37,740 nt of DNA, taken from IMG/VR virus record IMGVR_UViG_3300020045_007777, positions 1 through 37,740 of that record; one strand, 5' to 3'. This DNA is from a virus. Its lineage: Duplodnaviria > Heunggongvirae > Uroviricota > Caudoviricetes > Crassvirales. Made by a program: the position numbers and the translations under genes. Below are positions 16,986 through 28,800 of the stretch, in pieces; position 1 is the stretch's first letter; the number at the start of each line of letters is the position of its first letter. Below the pieces are notes generated by a model, which was not told the origin of the DNA, made no database searches, and was given only the letters and a program-made list of their open reading frames with translations.

Positions 16986-18064
16986 TGAATATATACGGCG
17001 CGAGTGATTTGTTTATGATGAATAAACATTGGAATGGACAAGGAAAAGATGCTTTTAGTTTTGTTAAGCAACAATATGGTTATGGATTTTATGTAGAAAA
17101 TACACAAGAATTTCAAGACTTTAAAATAGCTTATGATAAAATCTTTTCTGAAACTGATAAAACTATTAATGAATCGGATGTAGTTTACTTCTTTAAAGAA
17201 AGTAAATATCCAAGATTTAAGTTCTCAGCAAATTGTAAAAACAATAAAACCATTAAAATCGAAAACGCAGATATAATTGTTACACCTAATATAATAAACT
17301 TTGGAAATATTCCACAATATAAATATCAACAAAAAACTAATCACACTTATCAAATTATTATTGATACAATTACTAATAATAAATATTTAATAAATAGTGG
17401 TTATAAACCATATTATGAAGAAATTCATAGAATGTATAATAAAAACACTGAGTTTGATTCTATTATTGCATTAATGCAAGATAAATTTTTAATTCAAGGT
17501 AATAATTATAATGTTATAACAGTAGAAAAGTTAAATGTTAGTTATAGTAAAGTAGTAGATGCTAATAATTTCTTTAATACTGTAGCTAAATATATTGATA
17601 AATGTATCTCAGAAGAAACTTTAGAAAAATATGTTACTAGAGATTCTATGGAATTAGATGATGATATGTATATATCATTAGATACTATGTTAAAATCTAA
17701 AGATGCTAATACAGTTGAATTAGGTATGAAAATGCTTAATAATTTCAATTTAGAAAAAGCATCTTTTAGATTTGGTATGTTAATTAGAAAGAATATGGAT
17801 ACTATTGCTAATAATAAAGCATTACAATCTGCTGGTTTCAAAAATGTATTAAGTCAACTTAATATAGATATGATGCAAGTTAGAGGTTCTGATTTATTAG
17901 CTTATTTAAATAATTTATATAAATCTTCTACAGATTCTGATAATAAAAATCTTATTAGAGAAGCTTGTAAAGATGAATTATTAAAACGTACTACAGATTC
18001 TTATAATATGCATAAAAATTATTGTAGAGATATTAATATTGATATGAATTTAGAAGTCATATAA
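16985..18064 (+). CDS. Hypothetical protein (359 aa), last gene of the MoxR/VWA module
   Basis: TAATG-coupled to the ATPase; helical C-terminus with LDTMLKSKDANTVELGMKML. Confidence 0.75.
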   Translation: MNIYGASDLFMMNKHWNGQGKDAFSFVKQQYGYGFYVENTQEFQDFKIAYDKIFSETDKTINESDVVYFFKESKYPRFKFSANCKNNKTIKIENADIIVTPNIINFGNIPQYKYQQKTNHTYQIIIDTITNNKYLINSGYKPYYEEIHRMYNKNTEFDSIIALMQDKFLIQGNNYNVITVEKLNVSYSKVVDANNFFNTVAKYIDKCISEETLEKYVTRDSMELDDDMYISLDTMLKSKDANTVELGMKMLNNFNLEKASFRFGMLIRKNMDTIANNKALQSAGFKNVLSQLNIDMMQVRGSDLLAYLNNLYKSSTDSDNKNLIREACKDELLKRTTDSYNMHKNYCRDINIDMNLEVI

Positions 18065-18071
18065 AACTAGA

Positions 18072-18122
18072 AAACCCACACTATATACTTAATTGTATAT
18101 AATGTGGGTTTCTTTTTTTTTT
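18072..18122 (+). terminator. Intrinsic terminator at the convergence of the two gene blocks (possibly bidirectional)
   Basis: AAACCCACA-c-TATATAC-ttaatt-GTATATA-a-TGTGGGTTT (16 bp with one mismatch) followed by C and T10. Confidence 0.85.
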
Positions 18123-18128
18123 AGACTT

Positions 18129-18692
18129 TTAGTAAATATTTGATTTTTTTAAATTATCTTTTGCCCATAACGGTTGTAAATTAGTATAATGACATAATTT
18201 AATTATTTCTTCTTCATTTTTTCCAGAAGATAAAGGTATAATATGATCAATATGCCAACCATATAATCCATGATTTTCCCATGTCATTCCTTTTAAAAAT
18301 TTAGATTCTAAATAAATTTTTACATTAAATACTTCTTCTCCTAGTATATCTTTAATTAAACTTTTTCTATTTTTATTAGTTTTTAAAAAACAAGCAGTTC
18401 TTTTTCTTAAAGTACATCTTAATTTAAAAATAATATCATTATCAAGTTTTTTACGAATATATTGAGATTGATATTTAATTCTTTCTATTTTATTATTTTT
18501 ATAATATTCATTTGCTTTTTTAAGCATTAATTCTTTATTATTTTTATATTTATTAGAAAGTTTTTCAGCATCATATTTATAATATTCTTTTTTACAAAGT
18601 TTACATTTATTTTGATAACCATCATTTTGAGTTTTATCTTTATGATATTCAGAAAAATCTTTAATAATTTTACATTTACAACATATTTTCAT
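18129..18692 (-). CDS. HNH endonuclease (putative homing endonuclease)
   Basis: CCKC and CKLC Zn motifs; WHIDHIIPLS ... CHYTNLQPLWAKDNLKKSN; TAATG-coupled to the 1382-aa gene. Confidence 0.85.
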   Translation of the reverse strand: MKICCKCKIIKDFSEYHKDKTQNDGYQNKCKLCKKEYYKYDAEKLSNKYKNNKELMLKKANEYYKNNKIERIKYQSQYIRKKLDNDIIFKLRCTLRKRTACFLKTNKNRKSLIKDILGEEVFNVKIYLESKFLKGMTWENHGLYGWHIDHIIPLSSGKNEEEIIKLCHYTNLQPLWAKDNLKKSNIY

Positions 18693-21600
18693 TATTGATT
18701 TTTATTTAAATAATTATATGCATCCTCTGAGTCTTTAAATAATTTACTACCAGGTATAAATTTAGCCATATTAGTAGTAGATTTTAATAATCTATCTAAT
18801 CTTTCATCTTCTAATGGATCTACCAAATTAATTAAAGAACCTAATAAACTACTTGTAGATTCTAAAAAGTTTAATGAACTAATTGGATTTTTAAATACTC
18901 TCCAAGCTTCAGTAATATCATAATATTGAGAAGCTTCAGATTCTAATCTTCTAAATATAGCAGCTGCATACCATAAATCATCATCTCCATCTCCTGCAGA
19001 AGCTGCAAACATTAATGATAATCCTGCAAATACTTGAATTATAGCTATTTCTGTAAAAGTTCTTTTAATATTAGCTTTTTCCCAATCACTTCTAGAATTA
19101 AAATCTTTCATTAATAAATCTAATTGTAATTTTTTAATTTTAGGTAATACAGAATTTTTAATCCATCTTATAGTTGTAACATAATTACCTTCATCTGGAC
19201 GTTGTAAATCATAATTAAATTTTATATTAACATTGTCATCACTACCAAGATTTGTAGAAATACCTCTCCATCTACTTAATGTAGGAGATATAATATGTTT
19301 TTTAAAGTGAATTAAAGCTTTACCATAAAATTTTCTTTGTAATTCATTAGTATATTCATTACTATAGTTACCTTGAGATTTAATTAATGAGGATTGAATA
19401 TAAGATCTAACAGTATTTTTACCACCTTTACTAAATTCATTCATTCTATCAAGTGTAGTATAAAATGGAGTTTTAATTGTAGTTCCAAGTTTACCATTTT
19501 CTAATGTAGTAATATCTAATAAACTTACAGCATTATCTCTTGTAGTTACTTTACCATCTTTATCTAAATATTCTCCTTTAGCATTTAATATCTTAGCAGC
19601 ATCTAATATAGTCATAGTATGAACAGCTTGAACATGATGTTCACCACTTTCTTGAAAGAAATATAATGGTTTAGTTCCAGTCATTGCTAAAGCTTTATTA
19701 TGTTCATAATCATTAACAATCATATTATGAGATACTAAACCACCATATGAAATTAATAATTGATTACCTAAAGACTTATAAACATTTCTACCCATATCAT
19801 CCATAAAACCACCTATATTTTGATAATAAGCTTTTTCAGCTTTAACAACATTATCTCTATGTAAATTAGGATCTCTTATAACTTCTAACATACTTTGAGA
19901 TTTACCTGTAATAACGTTAGCAGGTGCACCAATCATATTTAATGCCATAGAAGCTTTTGATACAGTTCCACGAATAAAACTTTCAAGTTTATTTATATCT
20001 TGTCCAAATATTTGACCAGCATATTCAATACTTTTATCATATAATCTGTTATTTAACATTGTATCTAACATTTTAATTAAATAAGCATCTTCTTTAGAAT
20101 ATTCTACTGGATCATTATTTTTATTATAAACACTTGATATAATTCTATTACCAAAACCTTTCTTTTTAATAAATTTACCTTCTTGAATTACATCTTTAAA
20201 CATTAATAAATCATTAGCTACTTTATTCTTTGTATTAAATTTAACAGCATTCTGAAATTCCATTGAATAAATTGTTGGTAAATCAATAGATTGTTCTTTT
20301 TGAGATATTTTAATTCTATAATGTATTGGTATATATCTTACTTCTTTACCTGATAAATCTGTATATACTTTATATACATCACTAGCATTAGTTAATTCTC
20401 CTAAATCTTCTTGATCTGATTGTTGAGTAAAAGTTTCATTATAAAACTCTTTAGCTGTTTGTAAAAAATTACCTGATTTTAATGTAGATATTTGAGCTTT
20501 TCTAATTTTAGGAAGTTCATAATAATCTGCATATAATACATTTTTTTTTAGACTTTTAGCTGCAACACCATATTCTACATTACTTCGTTTAGCTAAATAT
20601 TGAATATATTTTAAATAATCTCTTTCTTGTTGTGATAATTTTGTTAAATCATTTCTCCATTTAGCTAATGGTACAATTATACCATCACCAATTTCAGTAG
20701 TATTTTCTTTAACAAATAATTTATAATCAGCTAAAGTATCTTTATATTCTTTAGAATTAACACCATGTTCAGTTTGCATAGCATCTCTAATTCCTCTTAA
20801 TTTTTTAACTTTATTATAATACTCAATTTTATATTCACCTTTAAGAAATGCAGTACCATCTTCTGAAAATTCAACCATATTTTTATAAACTTCATCTGAT
20901 GATTTAGTTCTTTTACCTTCAAGAAAAGTATTAGTTTTATCTTGAATTTCAATAAGTTTAGTTTGAATTATATTATCATATATATCTTTAACACTATCAA
21001 GTATAGAAGAAAATATATTAATAATAGGATGATTTAAATCTTTTTCAGTATTCATAACTGCAGATAAAGCATCGATATCAACTATAGGTGCATCTAGTAA
21101 ACTATTAAATTCTGAATTTGTTTGAGATATAATAATATCTCTATTTTCAGACATTTGTTTATTTACATAATCATCTAATTCTCTTTTAGTATAACCAAGT
21201 TCTCTGCCTTGTCTTTTAATATCTTCTTGATATCTTAATTCAACTTCTTTGTAACCTTTAGAAAATTTACCACTATTTAATTTAATATTGTTTTTAGCAA
21301 CTCTAATTAAATCAGCTTTAATTCTTAATGCATTACCTTGAACAGTATTTAAAGATTTATTTAGAGTATCAAATTCTTCAGAAGTAAGTGTATTAGCTGT
21401 TTTAAGTTCAATTAAGGCATTTTCTACATCAGATTGAATAGATATGAAAGCATCTAAATAAGCTTTACTAGAATTAAAAATATTACTATTAAATTTATCT
21501 GCTTTTTCTAATCTCTTATCAATAGAAAATAATTGAGAGTTCATAAAAGTAATAAATAATTCTATACTTTTTTTTCTATGTTCGTCAATATTATCTCCTA

Positions 21601-22840
21601 ATTCTTTTTCAGATTTTTTAATATCATTTAAAATAGTTCTAATAGTCTTTTTAAATTTAGAATCTTCAGCTAATCTATTAGATTGTAATTGTAATACTTT
21701 AAGTACATTATTAATTTTATCAGATACTTTATCTAAAGAAGATTGATTAACAACTTTTTTACCAATATTATATCTAGATTCTAATACTTCATTTGAATTA
21801 TATACTTCATCAGTTGTATCAATTAATTTTAAAATATTATTCATTAAATTATCATAAGAACTATTTAAATTAAATAATCCTTTGAAGAAATTAATAAGTT
21901 TATTCCAAAAACCTGTATCAGAATTTAATATAGTTCTAACTTGAATTTCAAATTCTTTATTACTAAACATTGCTGCTGTAAATTCTTCAAGAGATGACAT
22001 CTCATATTCATATCCTTCAGGAATTAAATCTTTAACTTGATTAAAATAATCACTTAATTCAGTTATAAGATTTTGTTCAGATTCATTTTTAGGCTGTCTA
22101 AGAACTCTTAATGTTCTATCATGAAATACCTCATGGATAAACTTAGATACTCCAGCTTCAACACTTGAAATACGTCCTAAGTTATTAGGTTCTATTTCAA
22201 TAGTATTAGTTAAAGTATTATATTGCATATAAGTATTTTCAGCTTGTAACTGATTAGGTGCAATAGTTTTTACATTAGCTTTAGTAGATATTAATAATGC
22301 TGAAATTAACTCAGACATATATGAATTATTTTCATACAGTCCAGAATTTAAAATATTAATAAGCACATCTTTTGCAGGAATATTTTTAACTTCTCCATTA
22401 AATAATATACTTTTAATTTCATTAGTAAAATCATTTATTTCATCATTATTTTCATCAACTAATTCATCTTGAACAATACCAAAAACTTCAGTAGTTCCTG
22501 TAGATAATTCATTTAAATCTTTTTTAGATTCAAGCACAAAGGGTTTAACACCCTCTGTACTCGTTCTATATTGTTGATTAGCTTCATAAAATATACCTTT
22601 AGCTGCATCGACTTGATGAAACATATCAGTATTAGGAATAGCTTTATCATTTTCTTCAAAAAATAATTTACCATCCAAACCATATCTATCTTTAGCAACC
22701 TTACTCCAAGAGTTATTAAGTTTTCTAAATTGATTGGTATCAATTATATTAAGAAACTTATCAATAGCTCCTTTAGTTCTCATTGCAGATTTAGTAGATG
22801 CTTCTGCACTACCAAACTTTTCTTTATCTTTACACGCCAT
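18692..22840 (-). CDS. Large virion/ejected protein with zincin-like HExxH domain (1382 aa)
   Basis: Directly downstream of the vRNAP gene; FIHEVFH ... EEFTAAMFSN; hydrophobic C-terminal helix; single Cys at residue 3. Confidence 0.8.
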   Translation of the reverse strand: MACKDKEKFGSAEASTKSAMRTKGAIDKFLNIIDTNQFRKLNNSWSKVAKDRYGLDGKLFFEENDKAIPNTDMFHQVDAAKGIFYEANQQYRTSTEGVKPFVLESKKDLNELSTGTTEVFGIVQDELVDENNDEINDFTNEIKSILFNGEVKNIPAKDVLINILNSGLYENNSYMSELISALLISTKANVKTIAPNQLQAENTYMQYNTLTNTIEIEPNNLGRISSVEAGVSKFIHEVFHDRTLRVLRQPKNESEQNLITELSDYFNQVKDLIPEGYEYEMSSLEEFTAAMFSNKEFEIQVRTILNSDTGFWNKLINFFKGLFNLNSSYDNLMNNILKLIDTTDEVYNSNEVLESRYNIGKKVVNQSSLDKVSDKINNVLKVLQLQSNRLAEDSKFKKTIRTILNDIKKSEKELGDNIDEHRKKSIELFITFMNSQLFSIDKRLEKADKFNSNIFNSSKAYLDAFISIQSDVENALIELKTANTLTSEEFDTLNKSLNTVQGNALRIKADLIRVAKNNIKLNSGKFSKGYKEVELRYQEDIKRQGRELGYTKRELDDYVNKQMSENRDIIISQTNSEFNSLLDAPIVDIDALSAVMNTEKDLNHPIINIFSSILDSVKDIYDNIIQTKLIEIQDKTNTFLEGKRTKSSDEVYKNMVEFSEDGTAFLKGEYKIEYYNKVKKLRGIRDAMQTEHGVNSKEYKDTLADYKLFVKENTTEIGDGIIVPLAKWRNDLTKLSQQERDYLKYIQYLAKRSNVEYGVAAKSLKKNVLYADYYELPKIRKAQISTLKSGNFLQTAKEFYNETFTQQSDQEDLGELTNASDVYKVYTDLSGKEVRYIPIHYRIKISQKEQSIDLPTIYSMEFQNAVKFNTKNKVANDLLMFKDVIQEGKFIKKKGFGNRIISSVYNKNNDPVEYSKEDAYLIKMLDTMLNNRLYDKSIEYAGQIFGQDINKLESFIRGTVSKASMALNMIGAPANVITGKSQSMLEVIRDPNLHRDNVVKAEKAYYQNIGGFMDDMGRNVYKSLGNQLLISYGGLVSHNMIVNDYEHNKALAMTGTKPLYFFQESGEHHVQAVHTMTILDAAKILNAKGEYLDKDGKVTTRDNAVSLLDITTLENGKLGTTIKTPFYTTLDRMNEFSKGGKNTVRSYIQSSLIKSQGNYSNEYTNELQRKFYGKALIHFKKHIISPTLSRWRGISTNLGSDDNVNIKFNYDLQRPDEGNYVTTIRWIKNSVLPKIKKLQLDLLMKDFNSRSDWEKANIKRTFTEIAIIQVFAGLSLMFAASAGDGDDDLWYAAAIFRRLESEASQYYDITEAWRVFKNPISSLNFLESTSSLLGSLINLVDPLEDERLDRLLKSTTNMAKFIPGSKLFKDSEDAYNYLNKNQ

Positions 22841-22848
22841 ATTTTATT

Positions 22849-25800
22849 TTAAAAAGGTGTTGCACAATTATTATCTTCATCTTCCCATAAACTTAATTGA
22901 TTTGGATCAACAAAAGGTTTAGGTGTTAAATCAATCCCATATTGTTTTAAATATTCAATAGCTTCATTATTCGCTTGTTCTCCAAAATCTTTTAAAAATT
23001 TACCATCTATAATATCACTTGAAAAATCATTAATTAAATCTTTTATTGATTCATATTCAAATTCAATATTATCTAATGTTATAATATGATTTGATTCAGG
23101 TATTGAAGCAATATAATATTTATCATTAGATTTAGTAACTAATTCTTGATTATCAGATAAATTAAATACTTCATTAATATTTTCTTCAGTAATTTTAGTA
23201 TTTATTTCATTATTATTATCAATAGTATTTATATAATATGGACCATTTATCATTTGATTTCTAATATTTTGTGCATCAATTTGATTATAATTAATTTCAT
23301 CAACAGAATTTTCTAATTCATCATTTTGTTCTAAAGTTACACTTTCTGTATTAGAATTCAAAATTTTTGGACCAAAAGTTTCAACAGCTGGAAAATAAGT
23401 TTGTTCTAATTCAACATCATTATAATCAATTAAGCTTAATTTACTAGATACAAAATCAATATATTCTTTTTCAACTTGAGTTAAGTTATTTTCTCTAACA
23501 TTTGATTCAGATAATTCATTATATAAAGTATATTCGTGTAATTGACCTTTATCAGATTTATAACCTAATTTATGAGTTTTATAATATACAGGATCAAATA
23601 CGATTTTATTTTCTCCTTTAACAACCACTTCTTTACTATAATAACCTTCTAATTTATATAAATTATTATTATAATTTACAAATTTAGGAAATGTTAAAAT
23701 ATCAGTATTACCAATTTTATTTTTAGCTGAATGTCTATTAGAATCAAATGACATTCTAAATCCTACTACAGATTCATCTTTAACATATAAAGCTGGTGCA
23801 CTCTGATTATTAATTGCCATATTTTTAATATTGACAAAAGGTACAAGTTTAGAATTATTCCAGTTATGTCTATATATATTATCTTTAATAATATCAGGAT
23901 TTATATTACCTTGATTAATTTCATTAGCAACTTTAGTAATATAATTATTCATATTATTTTTTACAAAAACTTCATGAGGAATAAATTGATAAATTTGATT
24001 AGCATTATATCTAAATCCAGATTGTTGATAAGCATATTTAACTAAATCTTCAGATAATGAAGGATATTCTATTTCTAAAGCTCTCCAACCTTCAATAAGT
24101 TTATCTGTAAAATCATTTGGTTTTAATCTTAAACCATCAATACCTATAAATGAAAAATTATTATCTTCTTTAATTTCTAAAGATTCTAAAAAGAAATTAT
24201 TTCTATTTTCTTCTCTTAAAGATTGTCTAGTAGATTCAATTAAATCTGATAATGTTACAGGTGTAATTTCATTAGATTTAGTAAATAAATAAAAGAATTC
24301 TTTAGGAATTTGTCTATCACCACGTTGAACTGTATCATCACTCATTTTAAATAATGATGATTCAGATGTAATCATAGTATAAAAGGACTGTTCTAATATT
24401 CTACCTAAATCAACATCATCTAAATATTTTTTATTTTTATGAATCTCTGAAACCATATCATTCATAATATCTTTAAAATAATTATTAGCAGTAATAAATA
24501 TCTTAGGATTAGCATCAACTAAACTATTTAAAAACACTTCTGTATTTTTATGATTAGTTCCTAATGAAGTATATCCATTTGATATTACATCTGAATTATA
24601 AAATTTCTTATTAAAGTTTTGAATTAAACCTTTATAATAAACATCAGATGTTTTATTAGTTTGAATAATATTTTCAATTAAAGATTTACCAACACCTTTT
24701 TCACCATATTTAGAAGAAGCTACTGATTTAGTAAATTCTTTAACAGTTGGTTTTAAAGCATCATATTCAACTAATGCTAAATATTGATCTAAATAAAATT
24801 GAGCTGTTCTATCTTGAATAGGAGTTGTAATATTTGATTTTAAATTTTCAGCAGATCTATTAGTGATTTTATTAGTACTAAATGATGTTGTAGATATATT
24901 TAATTCTTTTCTTGTAGGATCTTTTAAATCTTTTAAGAAATCATTCCAATGTTGATCTGTTTTAACTACACCATTTTTAACTAAGGCTTTTCTTAATTCA
25001 GTTAAATATTTAGTTTTTAATTCTTCTGATACAGTAGAACTAGAACCTTGTTTACTTAAAATACCTTCACGTTCTGCAGTAATTTCAACCATTTCAGCTA
25101 ATGCAGGTTGTGCTAAAAATGATAATACTTTATAAGGATGAACACCTGCTCTAATAAGCATAGCACCAGTATTAGTAGTTTGAGTATTCCAGTTACCTCT
25201 AGTAATATATGGATCTTTTGCAATATCAACGAAACCATTAAGTAATGCTGTAATTGTATCAGATATTTTATATGTACCAGATTCATCATAAAATCCTTTA
25301 TCAGATTTCATATCAAAAACTGTAACATCTCTACCTTTATCATTTTTTTTCTTATTACCCCAACCAATATAATAATCTAATTGTTCTTGAGCAATTTGAT
25401 TTGTAATACTATCAACTAATTGATTAGCTACTTGTCCAATACCAAATTTACCAGCAATAAATTCATATTTCATATCAATTTGATATAATGATGAAAATGC
25501 TTGATAATCTTTAAGTTTATTAGATATAGGAAATAATTCTTTAGTTATATAATTTTTTACGTGAACGTGGTCAATAGGTGTAATTAAATTATCATAGTTA
25601 CTAGGTTGTGTTAAAATACTATGATACATTTCAAATAATCTATTGTTAATAGCTTCAGTAGATTGTTCTTGAATACTTTTAGATTCATCATAAGGAACAT
25701 ATTCTACCTTTTCTACTTTAATATTATCTTTATGTAATTCTTTAAACTTTTTAGATAAATCTTTATCTTTAAAAATATTATTGATAACACTTTCTCTAAA

Positions 25801-28800
25801 AGATTGCATAGTTTCAAGACTCATACTATTATCATCAGAAAACATCATTTTAATAATTTCTTCTTCAGACATATTATTTGGTACTTCAAACTCATCTAAT
25901 AAATCTCCTAACATTGCTGTAGTTTCATTAATAGATTTACCTCTATAAAATTGATTTAAAAGTTTTAAATTACCAGTATATCTAGTTTTTAATGAAGGTA
26001 ATATGATAAACATCTTATCAATATCAAAATCTGAACCTGTTTTAGTTGTAATACCTGTATAAGGAACTATAGTATCAATATATGTATCAGGAAGAATACC
26101 TACAATTTGTAATGCATCATTTGATGACATTGCCTGATTAGGAATTCTATATCCAATCATTTGAAGTATTTCTTTAGGTAACATACCACCTTGTCTATCT
26201 TCACCAAATAATTGATCTAATGAATAATTTCTCCAATCTGGAATATATTGTCCAATAATATTACCTGATATAAATACTTGTCCTGGTAATACTAAATCTG
26301 TACCATCTTCTTGTTTAATTCTTCTAGGTTCAGCAAGTTGTTGTTTATCAATTAACCAAGTTATACCTGTATTTTCTGCAAGATTTTGATCTAAACCAAA
26401 ATTAGACATTTGAATTAATGAACCACCATTAGTTTTTAATTTAACAGCAGCTTTATTAATAATACTTAATATAGTTGAAATAACTTTATCTTTAGATTGT
26501 GGTATAATATAAGGAGTTAATTCTTTTTCAACAGCTTTAATAATATTATCATTAACTTTTTCTTGTCTTAATTGTTCAGCAATTTCTTTTGCAAAATTAG
26601 ACCAGTTATTAATAGTATAATCAGAACCAATTTGAAATTTCTTAATTACTTTAGCAATACCTCTATTTGATAATTCTCCTAAAGCTTGATGTATATTTTC
26701 ATAAACGTCTTCACCTTTATAAGTTTTATCATTAAATTTATAAATACCTTGGAAATTAAAATTATCAAATATATTTTTTTGAATTTGAGATCCCAATAAA
26801 GTTTTCTTAAATCCTTTATTTGGTAAATCTTGTTGTAATTTCCAATATCTATTATCTAAAGGAATAGAATTTAAAGTAACTGATTCATTATTTAAAATAT
26901 CTAATGTATTATTATTTTCAGTTAATTTAGCACCTACTTTAACACCTGAATTCATTATAGCTTCAGATATATCTTGTGATCTCATTTTATTAAGTAAACC
27001 TTCTAAAGGAGAACCTTTAACTAAAGATTTAAGTAATACTGTTTGAGAATATTTAAGATAAGTTGGTTGATTATTAATATTAGAATAATAAACTCCTTTT
27101 AATGGTTTAGTTGATAAAACTTTTAATTCTTTAGAACTAAATTCAATATTTTCACCATTTTCCATTCTTATAATTTTATCATAAACATTACGTTCAGCTT
27201 TACCAAACTGACCTAATCTTTCTAATAAAAATTTCCAACGTTCTGGAGTAATATATGCTTGAGCATCTGCTTGATTAATTTTATCACCACTATAAAATCT
27301 TTTACCTACTTCACCCATATCTTTTAAATAAGGTGATGCAGTTTCCATATCTTGTAATACAGTAATATTAAATTTATGATCATTTTCAGTTACACCAAGT
27401 CTTAAACCTTTACCATCTATATAAGTTTTAGGTACACGTTTAAAATAATCTACTGCATTTTTATGATTATTAATAGAACCATTAAATATTTTAGAAAATT
27501 CAATTTGTGCAATTGTTGAATTAATAGTATAATCTGAAATAATTTCAGTCATTACAGCTTTTCTATCTGCAACAGTTGCATTATTTAAATCAACATCTGC
27601 AGAATATATATTATATAATTCTAAATCAAATGTATTTCTTGTAAAATTTTCTCTAAATATATTAGTTCTAATTGCAGCATTTCTATTTTCTTTAATTTGA
27701 TCACTTAATAATTTATTAAGAATAGGTCTTAAAGTATTTTTTTGTTCTGTAGTTAATTCAGATACACTAATAGGTGTGAAATCTTCACTATAAAAGTTTT
27801 TAAATACATCAGGTCTTTTAATTAAATTCTCTGGAGATAAAGAAGGTGTCATATAATTTTTAAATACACCACCTAAATATACTTTTCTAAATCCAGGATT
27901 GTTATCAACTAATTCATTTATTTCTGCAGAATTATTTCTAATATGTTTTCTATCTTTATAAGCATCACTTTTAAATATAGATTCATTTGAACTATCTAAA
28001 ATATCAAATACATATCCATCAGCACTCACATGTTTATATTGAGTCATTTTAGATATATCTACATTACCATTAATATCTGTATTATCAGATATAAATTTTT
28101 TAGCTTCTAATGCAGTTAATATTTCATCTTCAAAGTAACCTAAAAATATATCAATAGTTTCATCTGATAATTGAATTATTTCATTAGCATCTTCATAACC
28201 ATAAGTATTAATGAAATCACCTATTTCCATTTTTAATGTTGTAGGTTTATCAGCAGGTACTGCAGTTGGAAATATAGAATTAGATGATGCTTTTTTACCT
28301 AATAATGCTTCATAAATTTCTCTATTAATAGCATCAGTTTTAGGTGTATTAACATTATCTTTAGAACTAGATGCTTCATCTTTTTCCATCATACTATTTG
28401 TACGATGTATTTTAATAACAGGTTTAGTTATTTTACCATCAACAATATTATCATTAAATAATTTTAAATAATGAGAATTTTTATTAAAAGGTTGTTTCAA
28501 TCTATGTTGAACTTCTTTAGCATCATTATTTAAAATATTTACAACATCATAAATATGTGATGCTTGTGAATAAGCCCACATTTGTTTATCACCAGAAAAA
28601 AACATATCCTCACTCATATCTTGATTAAAGAAAGCTATTGCTTCAGCAACATCTCCTATAATTTTTTGAGAAGTGATTTGATTTTTTTCACCTTTATATA
28701 TATTTAAATATTTTTCATTTTTATCAAATAATTTATCTGTTGCAGTTTTAACTTTAATAGTATCATCTGCATTAATATTTGGAATTAAAAATTTATCAAT

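Noticed and set aside
11357-17841. Minus-strand ORFs 11357-11566, 16823-17116 and 17542-17841
   Set aside because: Antisense shadows in a uniformly plus-strand block, with the Ile/Leu/Ser/Phe-rich composition typical of reverse-read AT-rich genes.
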